Positions 51,367 through 64,000 of a stretch of DNA of 64,000 nucleotides are shown one piece after another (the first letter of the stretch is position 1; every line of letters begins with the position of its first letter). The stretch covers positions 96,001 through 160,000 of the forward strand of contig CAVZYA010000001.1 of the NCBI GenBank assembly GCA_963779415.1, written 5' to 3'. The notes under the pieces were generated by a model that was not told the DNA's origin, searched no databases, and saw only the letters and a program-made list of their open reading frames with translations. The stretch is from an uncultured Acidobacteriota bacterium (lineage in GTDB: Bacteria > Acidobacteriota > Thermoanaerobaculia > UBA5066). Both the position numbers and the translations under genes were made by a program.

Positions 51367-51827
51367 AGACCGTCCGCGTCGGCAAAATCGCGCAGGGGCT
51401 CCTCCTCGCCCTCTACACGTCGGGCGTCCTCGTCCTGACCCTTCTCGTGCAGGGGCGCCCGGGGGTCCGGACGAATCTCGCCCCGTTCGATGACCTGCAG
51501 CGACTCTCGAGTCTCGCGGCGCGGCGGGGAATCCTGTCGAACGTCTTCCTCTTCGCGGTGAGCGGGATCGCGGCGAATCTCGCAATGTTCGCGTTCTGGG
51601 CGTTTCTCGGTTGGAAGTTCCTCGACGGGAAGGGGCGGTCGGCATGGCGGAACGACGCCGACATCCTCCTCGCCGGGTCTCTCTTCTCCACGGGGATCGA
51701 GGCGGCGCAGCTCTTCCTCCCGACTCGGGCGGCCGACGTCAACGACGTCTTCTGGAATATCCTCGGGACATTCGTCGGCGTCGGCGTGGCTCATGCCGCT
51801 TCCCGGGTCCGCCTCGAGTGGGAGTAG
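51363..51827 (+). CDS. VanZ family membrane protein
   Basis: [35 protein letters not shown]. Confidence 0.85.
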   Translation: MKTVRVGKIAQGLLLALYTSGVLVLTLLVQGRPGVRTNLAPFDDLQRLSSLAARRGILSNVFLFAVSGIAANLAMFAFWAFLGWKFLDGKGRSAWRNDADILLAGSLFSTGIEAAQLFLPTRAADVNDVFWNILGTFVGVGVAHAASRVRLEWE

Positions 51828-51857
51828 GCTCCCGGCAACCGGGCGACGGACCCACGA

Positions 51858-51943
51858 GCCGGAGTGGCGGAACGGCAGACGCGGGGGACTCAAAATCCCC
51901 TGTCCGCAAGGACGTGCGGGTTCGAATCCCGCCTCCGGCACCA
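51858..51943 (+). tRNA. tRNA-Leu(CAA)
   Basis: GCCGGAG/CTCCGGC acceptor stem, GGGGA-CTCAAAA-TCCCC anticodon arm, long variable arm, GTTCGAATC, encoded CCA. Confidence 0.97.
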
Positions 51944-51973
51944 TCCGTGAGCAGACTTCGGGAACGTCATCTA

Positions 51974-52002
51974 TTGACGGGCTGCGGAGGCCGGAGTAGT
52001 CT
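51974..52002 (+). promoter_or_regulatory. Sigma70-type promoter of carD
   Basis: TTGACG-N17-TAGTCT; GGAGGAGG RBS downstream. Confidence 0.7.
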
Positions 52003-52033
52003 TCCGTTCCCAACCCGGGAGGAGGCCGTCACC

Positions 52034-52552
52034 GTGTCATTCAAGGTCGGCGACAGGCTCGTCTATCCGAACCACGGAGTCGGCGTGGTCGAGCGGATCC
52101 AGGAATCGCTGCTCGACGGTTCTCCGTCTCCGTGCTACCAGCTGCGCCTGATGTCCAACAATTCCCGGGTGATGGTGCCGATGAGGAACTCGGAACGGAT
52201 CGGGCTTCGCCCGCTGACGCGGCGGGCCGAGGTCGGAAGCGTTTTCCGCGCCCTCGAGAACGGCGCGCAGCCGCTCTCCGGGGACTGGAAGGGGCGGTAC
52301 AAGCAGAACCTCGACAAGATGCGCTCGGGCCGGCTGACCGAGATCGCGGACGTCCTCTCGAACCTCAGCTGGGTCCAGAAGCAGAAGGCGCTTTCGTTCC
52401 GCGAGAAGAAGATGTTCGAGCGGGCCCGCTATCTCATCGTTTCCGAGATCGCCCAGATAAACGGTCTCGCGGAGCGGGAGGTGGAGTCCGAGGTCGACAA
52501 GGCGCTCGGCCGCTCGATGGTCCGACGCCGTTCGGTCCTTCAGGATCACTGA
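52034..52552 (+). CDS. carD: CarD/CdnL family transcription factor
   Basis: FKVGDRLVYPNHGVG, VMVP, GLRPL, DWKGRYK (conserved Trp). Confidence 0.93.
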   Translation: MSFKVGDRLVYPNHGVGVVERIQESLLDGSPSPCYQLRLMSNNSRVMVPMRNSERIGLRPLTRRAEVGSVFRALENGAQPLSGDWKGRYKQNLDKMRSGRLTEIADVLSNLSWVQKQKALSFREKKMFERARYLIVSEIAQINGLAEREVESEVDKALGRSMVRRRSVLQDH

Positions 52553-52604
52553 TCGCCGCGGCCCGCGGCGACGGCGGACGGCACTCTCCCGTATAGTCAG
52601 GGGG

Positions 52605-53366
52605 ATGTCGCTGCGTACCGCGGCCGTGTCCGTCGCCCTCGCTCTCGCGATCGTGCTCCCGGCACGCTCGGCAGGCCCCCCCCGGTCCGACGGCGTCTCG
52701 GAGTTCCTGCTTCTTTCCCTCGACATGGAGCGCAAGGGGGCCCTCCAGGATCTCGAGGACCTCGACCGGATCACCGCGCGGATTTCCCGCGCCGAAGAGG
52801 ACTTCGGGGCCGCCATGCAACGGCTCGGCCGCCTCGCACGCGAGATGACGGCCGACCGGCAGTCCGTCGATAACGCGGAGGACGCCGTCGTGGAGGCTGA
52901 GGGCCGGGTCCGCGCAGAGCAGGAGCGGAGGCGGGAGCTTTCGGCCCGTATCGCCGAGCGGGTCCGGCGGATCGCCGCGCTGCGCGGCGAGATCCTCCGG
53001 CGGCGCGAGATCGGCCGGTCGCCGGACGATCCGGTCTCGGGCCGGTGGGAGGTCGTGATCAACCCCGGACCGGTCCGCGGCGTCTTCCGGCTCGTCCTCG
53101 ACGGAACGCTCGTCTGGGGCGATTACACCCTCGAGGGAGGATTCCGCGGGTCGGTTCGCGGGACGCTCGTCGCGGACCGGCTGAGTCTCGAACGGATCGA
53201 CAGCGAGCAGGGCTTCGACGCCCGGTTCTGGGGGCGGCTGAACGCCGCGCAACGACGAATCACGGGAACCTGGGAGGCGACGGCGCTCGCCCCCGCGGTC
53301 GGGCCCGTCGCCGGCTCCTGGACGGCGGCTCCGGCGAAGGAGCCCGAAGAGGGAGAGAAGCCATGA
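52605..53366 (+). CDS. Secreted hypothetical protein, coiled coil plus C-terminal beta domain
   Basis: Signal peptide, heptad-rich middle, TATAGT 7 nt before the ATG. Confidence 0.7.
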   Translation: MSLRTAAVSVALALAIVLPARSAGPPRSDGVSEFLLLSLDMERKGALQDLEDLDRITARISRAEEDFGAAMQRLGRLAREMTADRQSVDNAEDAVVEAEGRVRAEQERRRELSARIAERVRRIAALRGEILRRREIGRSPDDPVSGRWEVVINPGPVRGVFRLVLDGTLVWGDYTLEGGFRGSVRGTLVADRLSLERIDSEQGFDARFWGRLNAAQRRITGTWEATALAPAVGPVAGSWTAAPAKEPEEGEKP

Positions 53367-54079
53367 TCTCGGAGAAGGACGATCACATTCCCGCCCCCGC
53401 CGGGCCGGCGAAGAGGAAGGGAGCCGCCGCCGCCGCCGCGACTCGCTCTCTCGGGCTCGCGTGGGGGGACCGGATTCTCTTCGCGGCGCTGGGGCTTCTC
53501 CTCGGCTTTGCGGTCGCCTACATCTATCTCGAGCGCGGCGGGCGCGGGGGGCCGGTCCCGTCGTCCGCGGACCCGCACGCGGGGATCTCGGGCGTTCAGC
53601 CCGGAGCGACCCGCGATCTGCCGGGCTCCGGGGGCGGAGCCCCGGGCATCTCGATGGACCCTTCGGTTCAGAAGGGAATCGCCGATCTTCAGGCGGCCGT
53701 GGCCCGCGACCCGAAGAACGCCGACCTTCTGGTCAACCTGGGGAACGCCGCGTACGACGCGGGAGACTGGCGCCTCGCCGTCGACTCGTACGAGCGCGCC
53801 ATCACGCTCAAGGGGGACGATCCGAACGTCCTGACCGACCTCGGCGTCTCGTACCGGAATCTCGGCGATCCGGAAAAGGCGCTCGCCCGGTTCGACCGTG
53901 CGCTCAAGGCCGATCCGGGGCACTGGCAGGCTCTCTACAACAAGACCGTCGTCCTCGGGATCGACAAGGGCGAAACGAAGAAGGCGAAGGAGCTGCTCGC
54001 GAAGCTGAAGGCGAGCGGCCAGAACGGCGCCAACGTCGAACAGCTCGAGAAGTCGATCGATCAGGCGGCCGGTCGCTAG
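53363..54079 (+). CDS. Membrane-anchored TPR protein
   Basis: TM helix, DPHAG, TPRs LVNLGNAAYD and LTDLGVSYRNLG. Confidence 0.8.
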   Translation: MISEKDDHIPAPAGPAKRKGAAAAAATRSLGLAWGDRILFAALGLLLGFAVAYIYLERGGRGGPVPSSADPHAGISGVQPGATRDLPGSGGGAPGISMDPSVQKGIADLQAAVARDPKNADLLVNLGNAAYDAGDWRLAVDSYERAITLKGDDPNVLTDLGVSYRNLGDPEKALARFDRALKADPGHWQALYNKTVVLGIDKGETKKAKELLAKLKASGQNGANVEQLEKSIDQAAGR

Positions 54080-54095
54080 GGGGAGGGCCGGGCCG

Positions 54096-55481
54096 ATGTC
54101 CGGCGAGCTCTTCGACGAACCCGACCCGTCCGAAGAGGCTCAGGTACCGGCCGTGCCGCCGACGGGAGCTCCTCTCGCCGACCGGATCCGCCCCCGGGAC
54201 CTTGCCGAGGTCGTCGGTCCGCCCGAGCTCGTCGGGCCGGAGTCGTTTCTCGGGAAGGCCATCGCGGAGGACCGCGTTCCGTCGCTCGTCTTCTGGGGCC
54301 CGCCGGGATCCGGGAAGACGACGCTGGCGCGTCTCATTGCGGCCCGGACGCGTGCCCGTTTCGTCGCCTTCTCGGCCGTCGTCTCCGGCATCAAGGAGAT
54401 CAAGGCCGTCATGGAGGAGGCCGGACGCGTCCGGCGCAGCGGACGGCGGACGCTTCTCTTCGTCGACGAGATCCACCGCTTCAACCGTGCGCAGCAGGAC
54501 GCCTTCCTGCCGTTCGTCGAGACGGGAGTGATCGTCCTGGTCGGCGCGACGACGGAGAACCCTTCGTTCGAGCTGAACGGCGCGCTCCTCTCGCGCCTGC
54601 GCGTCGTCATTCTTCCTCCGATCGCGGAGGCCGACCTGATCGTCCTGATGAAGCGAGCGCTCGCGGACCCCACGAGGGGCCTTGCGGCAAGGGTCACGGT
54701 CGAAGAGGACGCCTTCGAATGGCTCGCCCGGTTCGCCGACGGCGACGCACGGCGAGCCCTCACGGCTCTCGAATCCGCGGTCGCCCAGATCCCTTTCGAA
54801 GAGAATCCCCCAGCGCTCTCGGTCTCCCTTCTCGAAGAGATGTTCCGGCGCAAGGTCCTTCTCTACGACAAGTCGGGCGAGGAGCATTTCAACCTGATCT
54901 CGGCTCTCCACAAGTCGCTCCGCGACTCGGACGTGGACGCCTCGCTCTACTGGCTCGCCCGGATTCTGGAAGCGGGCGAGGACCCGCTCTACGTCGCCCG
55001 GCGGCTCGTCCGCTTCGCGTCGGAGGACGTGGGCCTCGCCGATCCCGGAGCGCTTCGCGTCGCGCTCGACGGGAAGGACGCCGTCGACTTCATCGGCCTG
55101 CCCGAGGGGGCGCTCGCCCTCGCCCAGGTCGCCGTCACTCTCGCCCTCGCCCCGAAGTCGAATGCGCTCTACACGGCATACGGAGCGGCCGTCTCCGACG
55201 TGAGGGAGCGTCCGAACGAGCCGCCGCCGCTTTCGATCCGCAACGCCCCGACGAAGCTGATGAAGGAATCGGGCTACGGAGCCGGCTATCTCTACGCGCA
55301 CGACCTCGCGGAGAAGACCGCCGGCCTCGACTGCCTCCCCGACGCGCTTCGCGACCGGATCTACTACCGGCCGACCACCGAAGGGAAGGAAGCGAGGTTC
55401 AAGGAGCGGGCCGACGCGATCCGGAAGCTGCGGCAAGAGCTGAAGAGGAAGAGAAGGGGAGAGGGGGAACGACGAGGGTGA
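54096..55481 (+). CDS. rarA: Replication-associated recombination protein A
   Basis: PLADRIRP, WGPPGSGKTT, DEIHRFNRAQQD, GATTENPSF, ISALHKSLR, SEDVGLAD, PKSN. Confidence 0.96.
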   Translation: MSGELFDEPDPSEEAQVPAVPPTGAPLADRIRPRDLAEVVGPPELVGPESFLGKAIAEDRVPSLVFWGPPGSGKTTLARLIAARTRARFVAFSAVVSGIKEIKAVMEEAGRVRRSGRRTLLFVDEIHRFNRAQQDAFLPFVETGVIVLVGATTENPSFELNGALLSRLRVVILPPIAEADLIVLMKRALADPTRGLAARVTVEEDAFEWLARFADGDARRALTALESAVAQIPFEENPPALSVSLLEEMFRRKVLLYDKSGEEHFNLISALHKSLRDSDVDASLYWLARILEAGEDPLYVARRLVRFASEDVGLADPGALRVALDGKDAVDFIGLPEGALALAQVAVTLALAPKSNALYTAYGAAVSDVRERPNEPPPLSIRNAPTKLMKESGYGAGYLYAHDLAEKTAGLDCLPDALRDRIYYRPTTEGKEARFKERADAIRKLRQELKRKRRGEGERRG

Positions 55482-55540
55482 GGAGATCCAGGGAGAGAAA
55501 AGCCGTAGAGAAAAGGACCGGAGGAAGAACCACGAGAGAC

Positions 55541-55626
55541 TTCTTAGAAGGTGAATCGGTCACGGGCGCGGGCTAAGCTCACGATATGCGCCTCGACCTG
55601 ACCAGAGTTCTATTACCTTCTAAGAA
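55541..55626. repeat. Convergent pair of TTCTTAGAAGG motifs bracketing the TlpA gene start
   Basis: TTCTTAGAAGG at 55541-55551 (+) and CCTTCTAAGAA at 55616-55626. Confidence 0.8.
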
Positions 55627-56896
55627 AATCCCTTGGTCGGTCTCCCTCTTTCTTGTCGTTACTCTTATCGTTCTCTCCGGGTCCGCGCTTGCCCAGCCCG
55701 CTTCCGGCTTCGATCCCGTCGGCCTCTGGTACGCGCGGCTCTCGCCGACGGAGAACAACCCCGTGGAGTTCCAGGTCCGGATCTCGAGGAAGAAGAGCGC
55801 GCTTTCGGCGGCGCTGATCAACGGAACGGCCTCCGAGCCGTTCAGCGGCGTTGCCTGGGACGGGGCGACCCTCACACTCGAGATGGCGCACTACGACGCG
55901 AAGATCGTCGCGACGCCGAAAGAGGGGGGCCTGGAAGGGACGTTCACCCGGATCGTCGCGGGAGGGACGCGGGAGTTCCCGTTCTCGGCGACCCGGACGG
56001 CGCCTCCTCCGGTCGCCGTGAAGAAGCCGGGGCTCTCCGTTTCGGGGTCTTGGGCGGTCGAGATCGCGTTTCCCGGAAAGAGCCCGGAGAAGGTCACGGC
56101 GCTCCTCTCGCAGAAAGGAACCGTGGTGACAGGAACGATGGCGTCGGTGAGCGGGGATTACGGACCGCTCCACGGGACGTTCGACGGCCAAGAGCTGGTC
56201 CTCACGGTCTTCAACGGGATCTTCGTCTATCGCTTCACGGGCGAGCTTCTGCCGGACGGAACGCTCGCGGGCGAGTACCTTTCGTCCAGGCTCCCGCCGG
56301 TCGACTGGAGGGGGAAGAGACAGTCTGTCGTCGCCGACTTCGCCGGCCTGAAGCCGACGGAGCCCGAAAAGCCGTTCGTCTTCGCCCTCCCCGCAATGGA
56401 CGGAAAGAGGCTCTCGTCGACGGAGCCTCCCTTCGCGGGGAAGGCGATGATCGTCACCGCCATGGGGTCGTGGTGCCCGAACTGCCACGACGAGGCGCCG
56501 GTTCTCGAGGAGCTCTGGAGGAAGTACCGGGCGCGAGGGCTCGAGGTCGTCGCCTTCACCTACGAGTACACGGACGACCTGGAACGGAGCCGGCGGCTCG
56601 TGGCGGAGTTCCGGAAGCGAAATGGCGTCACCTACCCGATCCTCTGGGCCGGGACGACGAAGGACGCCGCCTCCTCGCCGCTCTTTGCCCGCGTGGACGG
56701 GCCGCGCGCCTATCCGACGACGTTCTTCCTCGATCGGCAGCACCGGATCGTGGGTGTCCACTCCGGATTCGACGGACCGGCAACCGGCGCGCGCTTCAAG
56801 AAGCTGAAGAAGGAATGGGAAGAAACGGTGCGAAAGCTCGTCGGAGCGGCGGATGAGTTCCCGGTCCCGGACGCGACGTCGATCGGGGTCAACTAG
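55586..56896 (+). CDS. TlpA family thiol-disulfide oxidoreductase with long N-terminal beta domains
   Basis: Signal/TM segment, SWCPNC, YPTTFFLDR. Confidence 0.85.
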   Translation: MRLDLTRVLLPSKKIPWSVSLFLVVTLIVLSGSALAQPASGFDPVGLWYARLSPTENNPVEFQVRISRKKSALSAALINGTASEPFSGVAWDGATLTLEMAHYDAKIVATPKEGGLEGTFTRIVAGGTREFPFSATRTAPPPVAVKKPGLSVSGSWAVEIAFPGKSPEKVTALLSQKGTVVTGTMASVSGDYGPLHGTFDGQELVLTVFNGIFVYRFTGELLPDGTLAGEYLSSRLPPVDWRGKRQSVVADFAGLKPTEPEKPFVFALPAMDGKRLSSTEPPFAGKAMIVTAMGSWCPNCHDEAPVLEELWRKYRARGLEVVAFTYEYTDDLERSRRLVAEFRKRNGVTYPILWAGTTKDAASSPLFARVDGPRAYPTTFFLDRQHRIVGVHSGFDGPATGARFKKLKKEWEETVRKLVGAADEFPVPDATSIGVN

Positions 56897-56910
56897 AAGG
56901 GATCTCCCGC

Positions 56911-58375
<1,465 letters not shown>

Positions 58376-58386
<11 letters not shown>

Positions 58387-59686
58387 GCGGATTCATACCA
58401 CGAGACGCGCGGACGCGCAGGGTGGCTGGGAGGAGACGGACGAGCCAGAGGACGACACTCCCCCACGCGAGCAGGAGAGCGAGGGGGTTGACGGCGTTCA
58501 GGCGGAGGACCTCGGCCCAGACCGCCATGCCGAAAAGCGAGTAGAGAGTCGCCGGAACCGCCTCGCGCCGGCCCGGTGAGAAGGCGAGCGGCCAGAGGAG
58601 CATCTGGAATCCGAACCCCGGGGAGAGGGCGAAGAAGACGAGCGTCGCGGCGCGGCTCGCGAGGAGGCCGTTGTCGCCCCGGCGAACCATGAGGTAGGCG
58701 AGGGCGCTTCCGAGGAGGAGGGCGGCATACGAGACGAAGACCGGCGGGAACGGGAGCTCACCCCCGAACAGCTCCAGGAGGTAGTACCACCCCCAGAGGC
58801 CGTGAAGGCTGGCATACCGGATCACGTTCCGGAAGACGGGCCCGGGAAGGACGAGAGCGTAGGGGACGACGAGGAGGAGAAACGGTCCGGCCGCGAGAAT
58901 CGCGTCGCGGAGCCGTATTCCCCAGCCTCGCGAGAAGCCGAGGAAGGCGGCGACGAACGCGACGACGATCTGCTTCAGGGCGACGGCGGCTCCGACGAGC
59001 AGGGCCGGAGCGAGCGTCGCGCCACGCGACCGTCCGCGCACGGCCACCGCGAGGGCGAGAATGAAGATTCCGATGGCGAGCGCGTCGAACTGGGCGCCGA
59101 AGGCGCTCACGGCGATCGGGACGGGGTTCACCCACCAGAGGGCGGCTCGCGCCGTGCCGCGGCGGCGGGTCGCCGTTCCCCGCCCGTGGAAGAGGAGGGC
59201 CAGCGCGACGAGGGCGTCCCCGAGCATGGCGACGACCCGGAACCCGAAGACCGGACGGACGTGGGCGGCGCGCGCGGCGGCGTCGGTGGCGGAGAGGACG
59301 TGCCACCAGACCGGGCTGTAGTTGTAGCGGTCCGTGACCTCGTAGACGATGTCTCCGTGGCGAACGGCCTGGACGACGATCTGGTACGAATCGAGGTCCC
59401 AGGTGGGGGGCGCGACCCACGCGAGCGCGAGGCGGACGGCGCCACCGGCGATGAGCGCGGCGAGCGCGGCGGATCCCAGGCGGCGGGCGCGAGCCGTCCG
59501 GACGCCCAGGACGAAGGCCCCGGCGCTTCCGGCGAGAAAGAGGCCGGTCGAGGCGAGACGCGTCCGTCCTCCCGGGCCGAAGACCCCGAGCGCGGCCAGG
59601 AACGAGAGGAAGGCGAGGAGCAGAAGGAGCCCCGCCACGACGACTCCCGGGGTGCGGTCGAGCGCGCGGCGGAATGTCGTGGTCAC
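58376..59686 (-). CDS. GT-C fold membrane glycosyltransferase (GT87/PIG-M-like)
   Basis: About 10 TM helices; [26 protein letters not shown] motifs. Confidence 0.7.
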
Positions 59687-59708
59687 GATGACGGCCGGTG
59701 CCGCCCTC

Positions 59709-62533
<2,825 letters not shown>

Positions 62534-62605
62534 GAAGGCTTTAGCGCGCACCCGGTACGCGAAAATGTAATGTTAGCAGAGCGGTTCTAGTCTTTCGGAC
62601 GCGGA

Positions 62606-62639
62606 AGGGGTCGGGGGAACCCGGTCGCGGGTTCCCCCG
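62606..62639. repeat. G-tract hairpin, REP-like element, copy 3
   Basis: AGGGGT then CGGGGGAACCCG-GTCG-CGGGTTCCCCCG. Confidence 0.6.
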
Positions 62640-62683
62640 GAACATTGACAGCGGAAGTTACTCGTTCTGATTCGCGAAGCGAA

Positions 62684-63562
62684 TCAGAACGAGTTGAGGA
62701 CGTACTCGAGCGGGTTTACCGGCTTCCCTTCGAGATGCACCTCGTAGTGGAGGTGGGGCCCGGTGGAGCGCCCCGTCGAGCCTACCAGGCCGATCAGGTC
62801 TCCCCGCTTGACCCGTTGGCCCTCCGTCACGCGCGCCGCCCCGAGGTGTCCGAAGAGCGTCGTGACTCCGTAGCCGTGCGAGATGAGAATGATCCGCCCG
62901 TAGCCTTTATCCCATCCGACCCGGACCACGGTCCCGCCAGCGGGGGAGAAAACCCGGTTTCCCGAGGGCGTCGAGATGTCGATTCCGGTGTGAAACTCGC
63001 GATCGCCGGTGAACGGATCGTTCCGGAGGCCGAAGCCTGCGGTCAGTATTCCAGCCGCCGGCGCGAGCGTGGGAGTGAGGGCGAGCCGGTCGGCCTGAAG
63101 GGTGAGTTTCCGCTCGACGGTCTCGAGGCGCGAGGAGAGAAGGCCGCTCCGACGCGTCGCCTCGGTCATGCCGAGTTCGACGGAAGCGGTCGCGTCGAGA
63201 GGAATCGCCGCCAGTCCCCCGACGCCGCCCGTTCCCGGGTCGTTCACCGCGGAGAGGCCTGCCGCGATGGAAAGAAGGCGCGTTTTCTCCTCGAACTCGG
63301 TCAGCTGCTTTTCGAGGCCTTCGAGCTTTCCGTTCAGGTCGCGGGCGCGGGTCCGGAGGTCCTGGTTCTCGGCGACGAGAGCCGAAAACTCGCGGTTCTG
63401 CCGGATCGAACGGACCCAGAGAGCCGTGAAGGTGGCGCCGACGGCGACCGAAAGAAAGACGAATGCGGCGGCACCCCAGAGAAGCCGGGTGGAGACGCGG
63501 AACTGACGAAACCGCGCCCGGGCATGCGGGACGAAAATGATTGTGTGCTTGTCCGTCGGCAT
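62684..63562 (-). CDS. M23 family metallopeptidase with TM anchor and coiled coil
   Basis: HTGID, GYG, STGPHLHYEV. Confidence 0.92.
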   Translation of the reverse strand: MPTDKHTIIFVPHARARFRQFRVSTRLLWGAAAFVFLSVAVGATFTALWVRSIRQNREFSALVAENQDLRTRARDLNGKLEGLEKQLTEFEEKTRLLSIAAGLSAVNDPGTGGVGGLAAIPLDATASVELGMTEATRRSGLLSSRLETVERKLTLQADRLALTPTLAPAAGILTAGFGLRNDPFTGDREFHTGIDISTPSGNRVFSPAGGTVVRVGWDKGYGRIILISHGYGVTTLFGHLGAARVTEGQRVKRGDLIGLVGSTGRSTGPHLHYEVHLEGKPVNPLEYVLNSF

Positions 63563-63683
63563 GGTTTTTCTCTGGCGTCCACCCGTGCGAACAGACCTGT
63601 TCCCCCTACCCGGGGAATTCCCTGATCTACGGCGGGAGTCTATTCCCCCCCCGGATCGAGTCAAGCGAAAACGGCCCCGGGCC

Positions 63684-64000
63684 TCAGGTCCCCGGCGTTG
63701 TGCCGGACGGCCGATAACGGATCGCTTCGGCGACGTGCGCCTCGGTGACGCCTTCCTCGCCCGCGAGATCGGCGATCGTGAGCCCCAGCCGGAGGACCCG
63801 GCTGTAGGCGCGTGCCGAAAGGCCGAGCCGGTCGACGGCCCGCTCGAGGAGCTTGCGGGCCCCGTCCGCCAGACGCGAGTCACGTTTCAGGGTCCGTCCC
63901 GAGAGCGCGCTGTTCGTTAGGCGGGGATCGCCGGTTCTCCGGAGCTGGCGTCCTCGTGCGGTCACGACCCGGGCGCGAACCGCCGAGGAGGATTCGCCGT
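63684..64000 (-). CDS. comM: YifB/ComM Mg-chelatase-like AAA+ ATPase, C-terminal part
   Basis: ESSSAVRARV..AR..Q, LSARAYSRVLR..TIADL, HVAEAIRYR. Confidence 0.88.
   Translation of the reverse strand, partial: GESSSAVRARVVTARGRQLRRTGDPRLTNSALSGRTLKRDSRLADGARKLLERAVDRLGLSARAYSRVLRLGLTIADLAGEEGVTEAHVAEAIRYRPSGTTPGT

Noticed and set aside
51858-52034. tRNA-Leu as an integration site of a genomic island
   Set aside because: No integrase or duplicated tRNA 3-prime end seen; carD follows directly

Overview
A high-GC (roughly 70% by eye) bacterial chromosome segment, mostly housekeeping genes. The gene repertoire (Acidobacterial-type VWA protein, TPR-TonB-ExbB-ExbD-ExbD cluster, membrane Ser/Thr kinase-TPR) suggests Acidobacteriota, possibly Thermoanaerobaculia-like; this is inference. 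Gene order: type II pantothenate kinase, GDSL hydrolase, ABC exporter, E2-E1 fused kgd, dnaB, alr, mlaEFD, radA, rubrerythrin, purC, pepA, recN, Zn-ribbon/kinase/TPR, a ~4.2-kb secreted protein gene with (NPNVT)n repeats, gamma-CA, hisS, aspS, aroB, HD-GYP, PilF-like TPR, roadblock, ftsY, ribD, ribE, hemW, APC permease, TonB motor cluster, VWA, nnr, tsaE, NRAMP-like plus MgtE-N/CBS, asparaginase II, VanZ, tRNA-Leu(CAA), carD, rarA, TlpA, guaB, GT-C, secA, M23 peptidase and partial comM. Many genes, including essential hisS and secA, carry indels that look like long-read assembly errors. No transposase, integrase or CRISPR array was seen. Four unexplained signals stand out. (1) An AT-rich motif TTCTTAGAAGG occurs as convergent pairs inside purine-skewed patches, even within coding sequence, with one 23/24-bp match 46 kb apart. 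(2) A Fur-box-like operator lies upstream of the NPNVT-repeat protein. (3) Leaderless-type -10 promoters are common. (4) A small family of G-tract hairpin (REP-like) elements is present.
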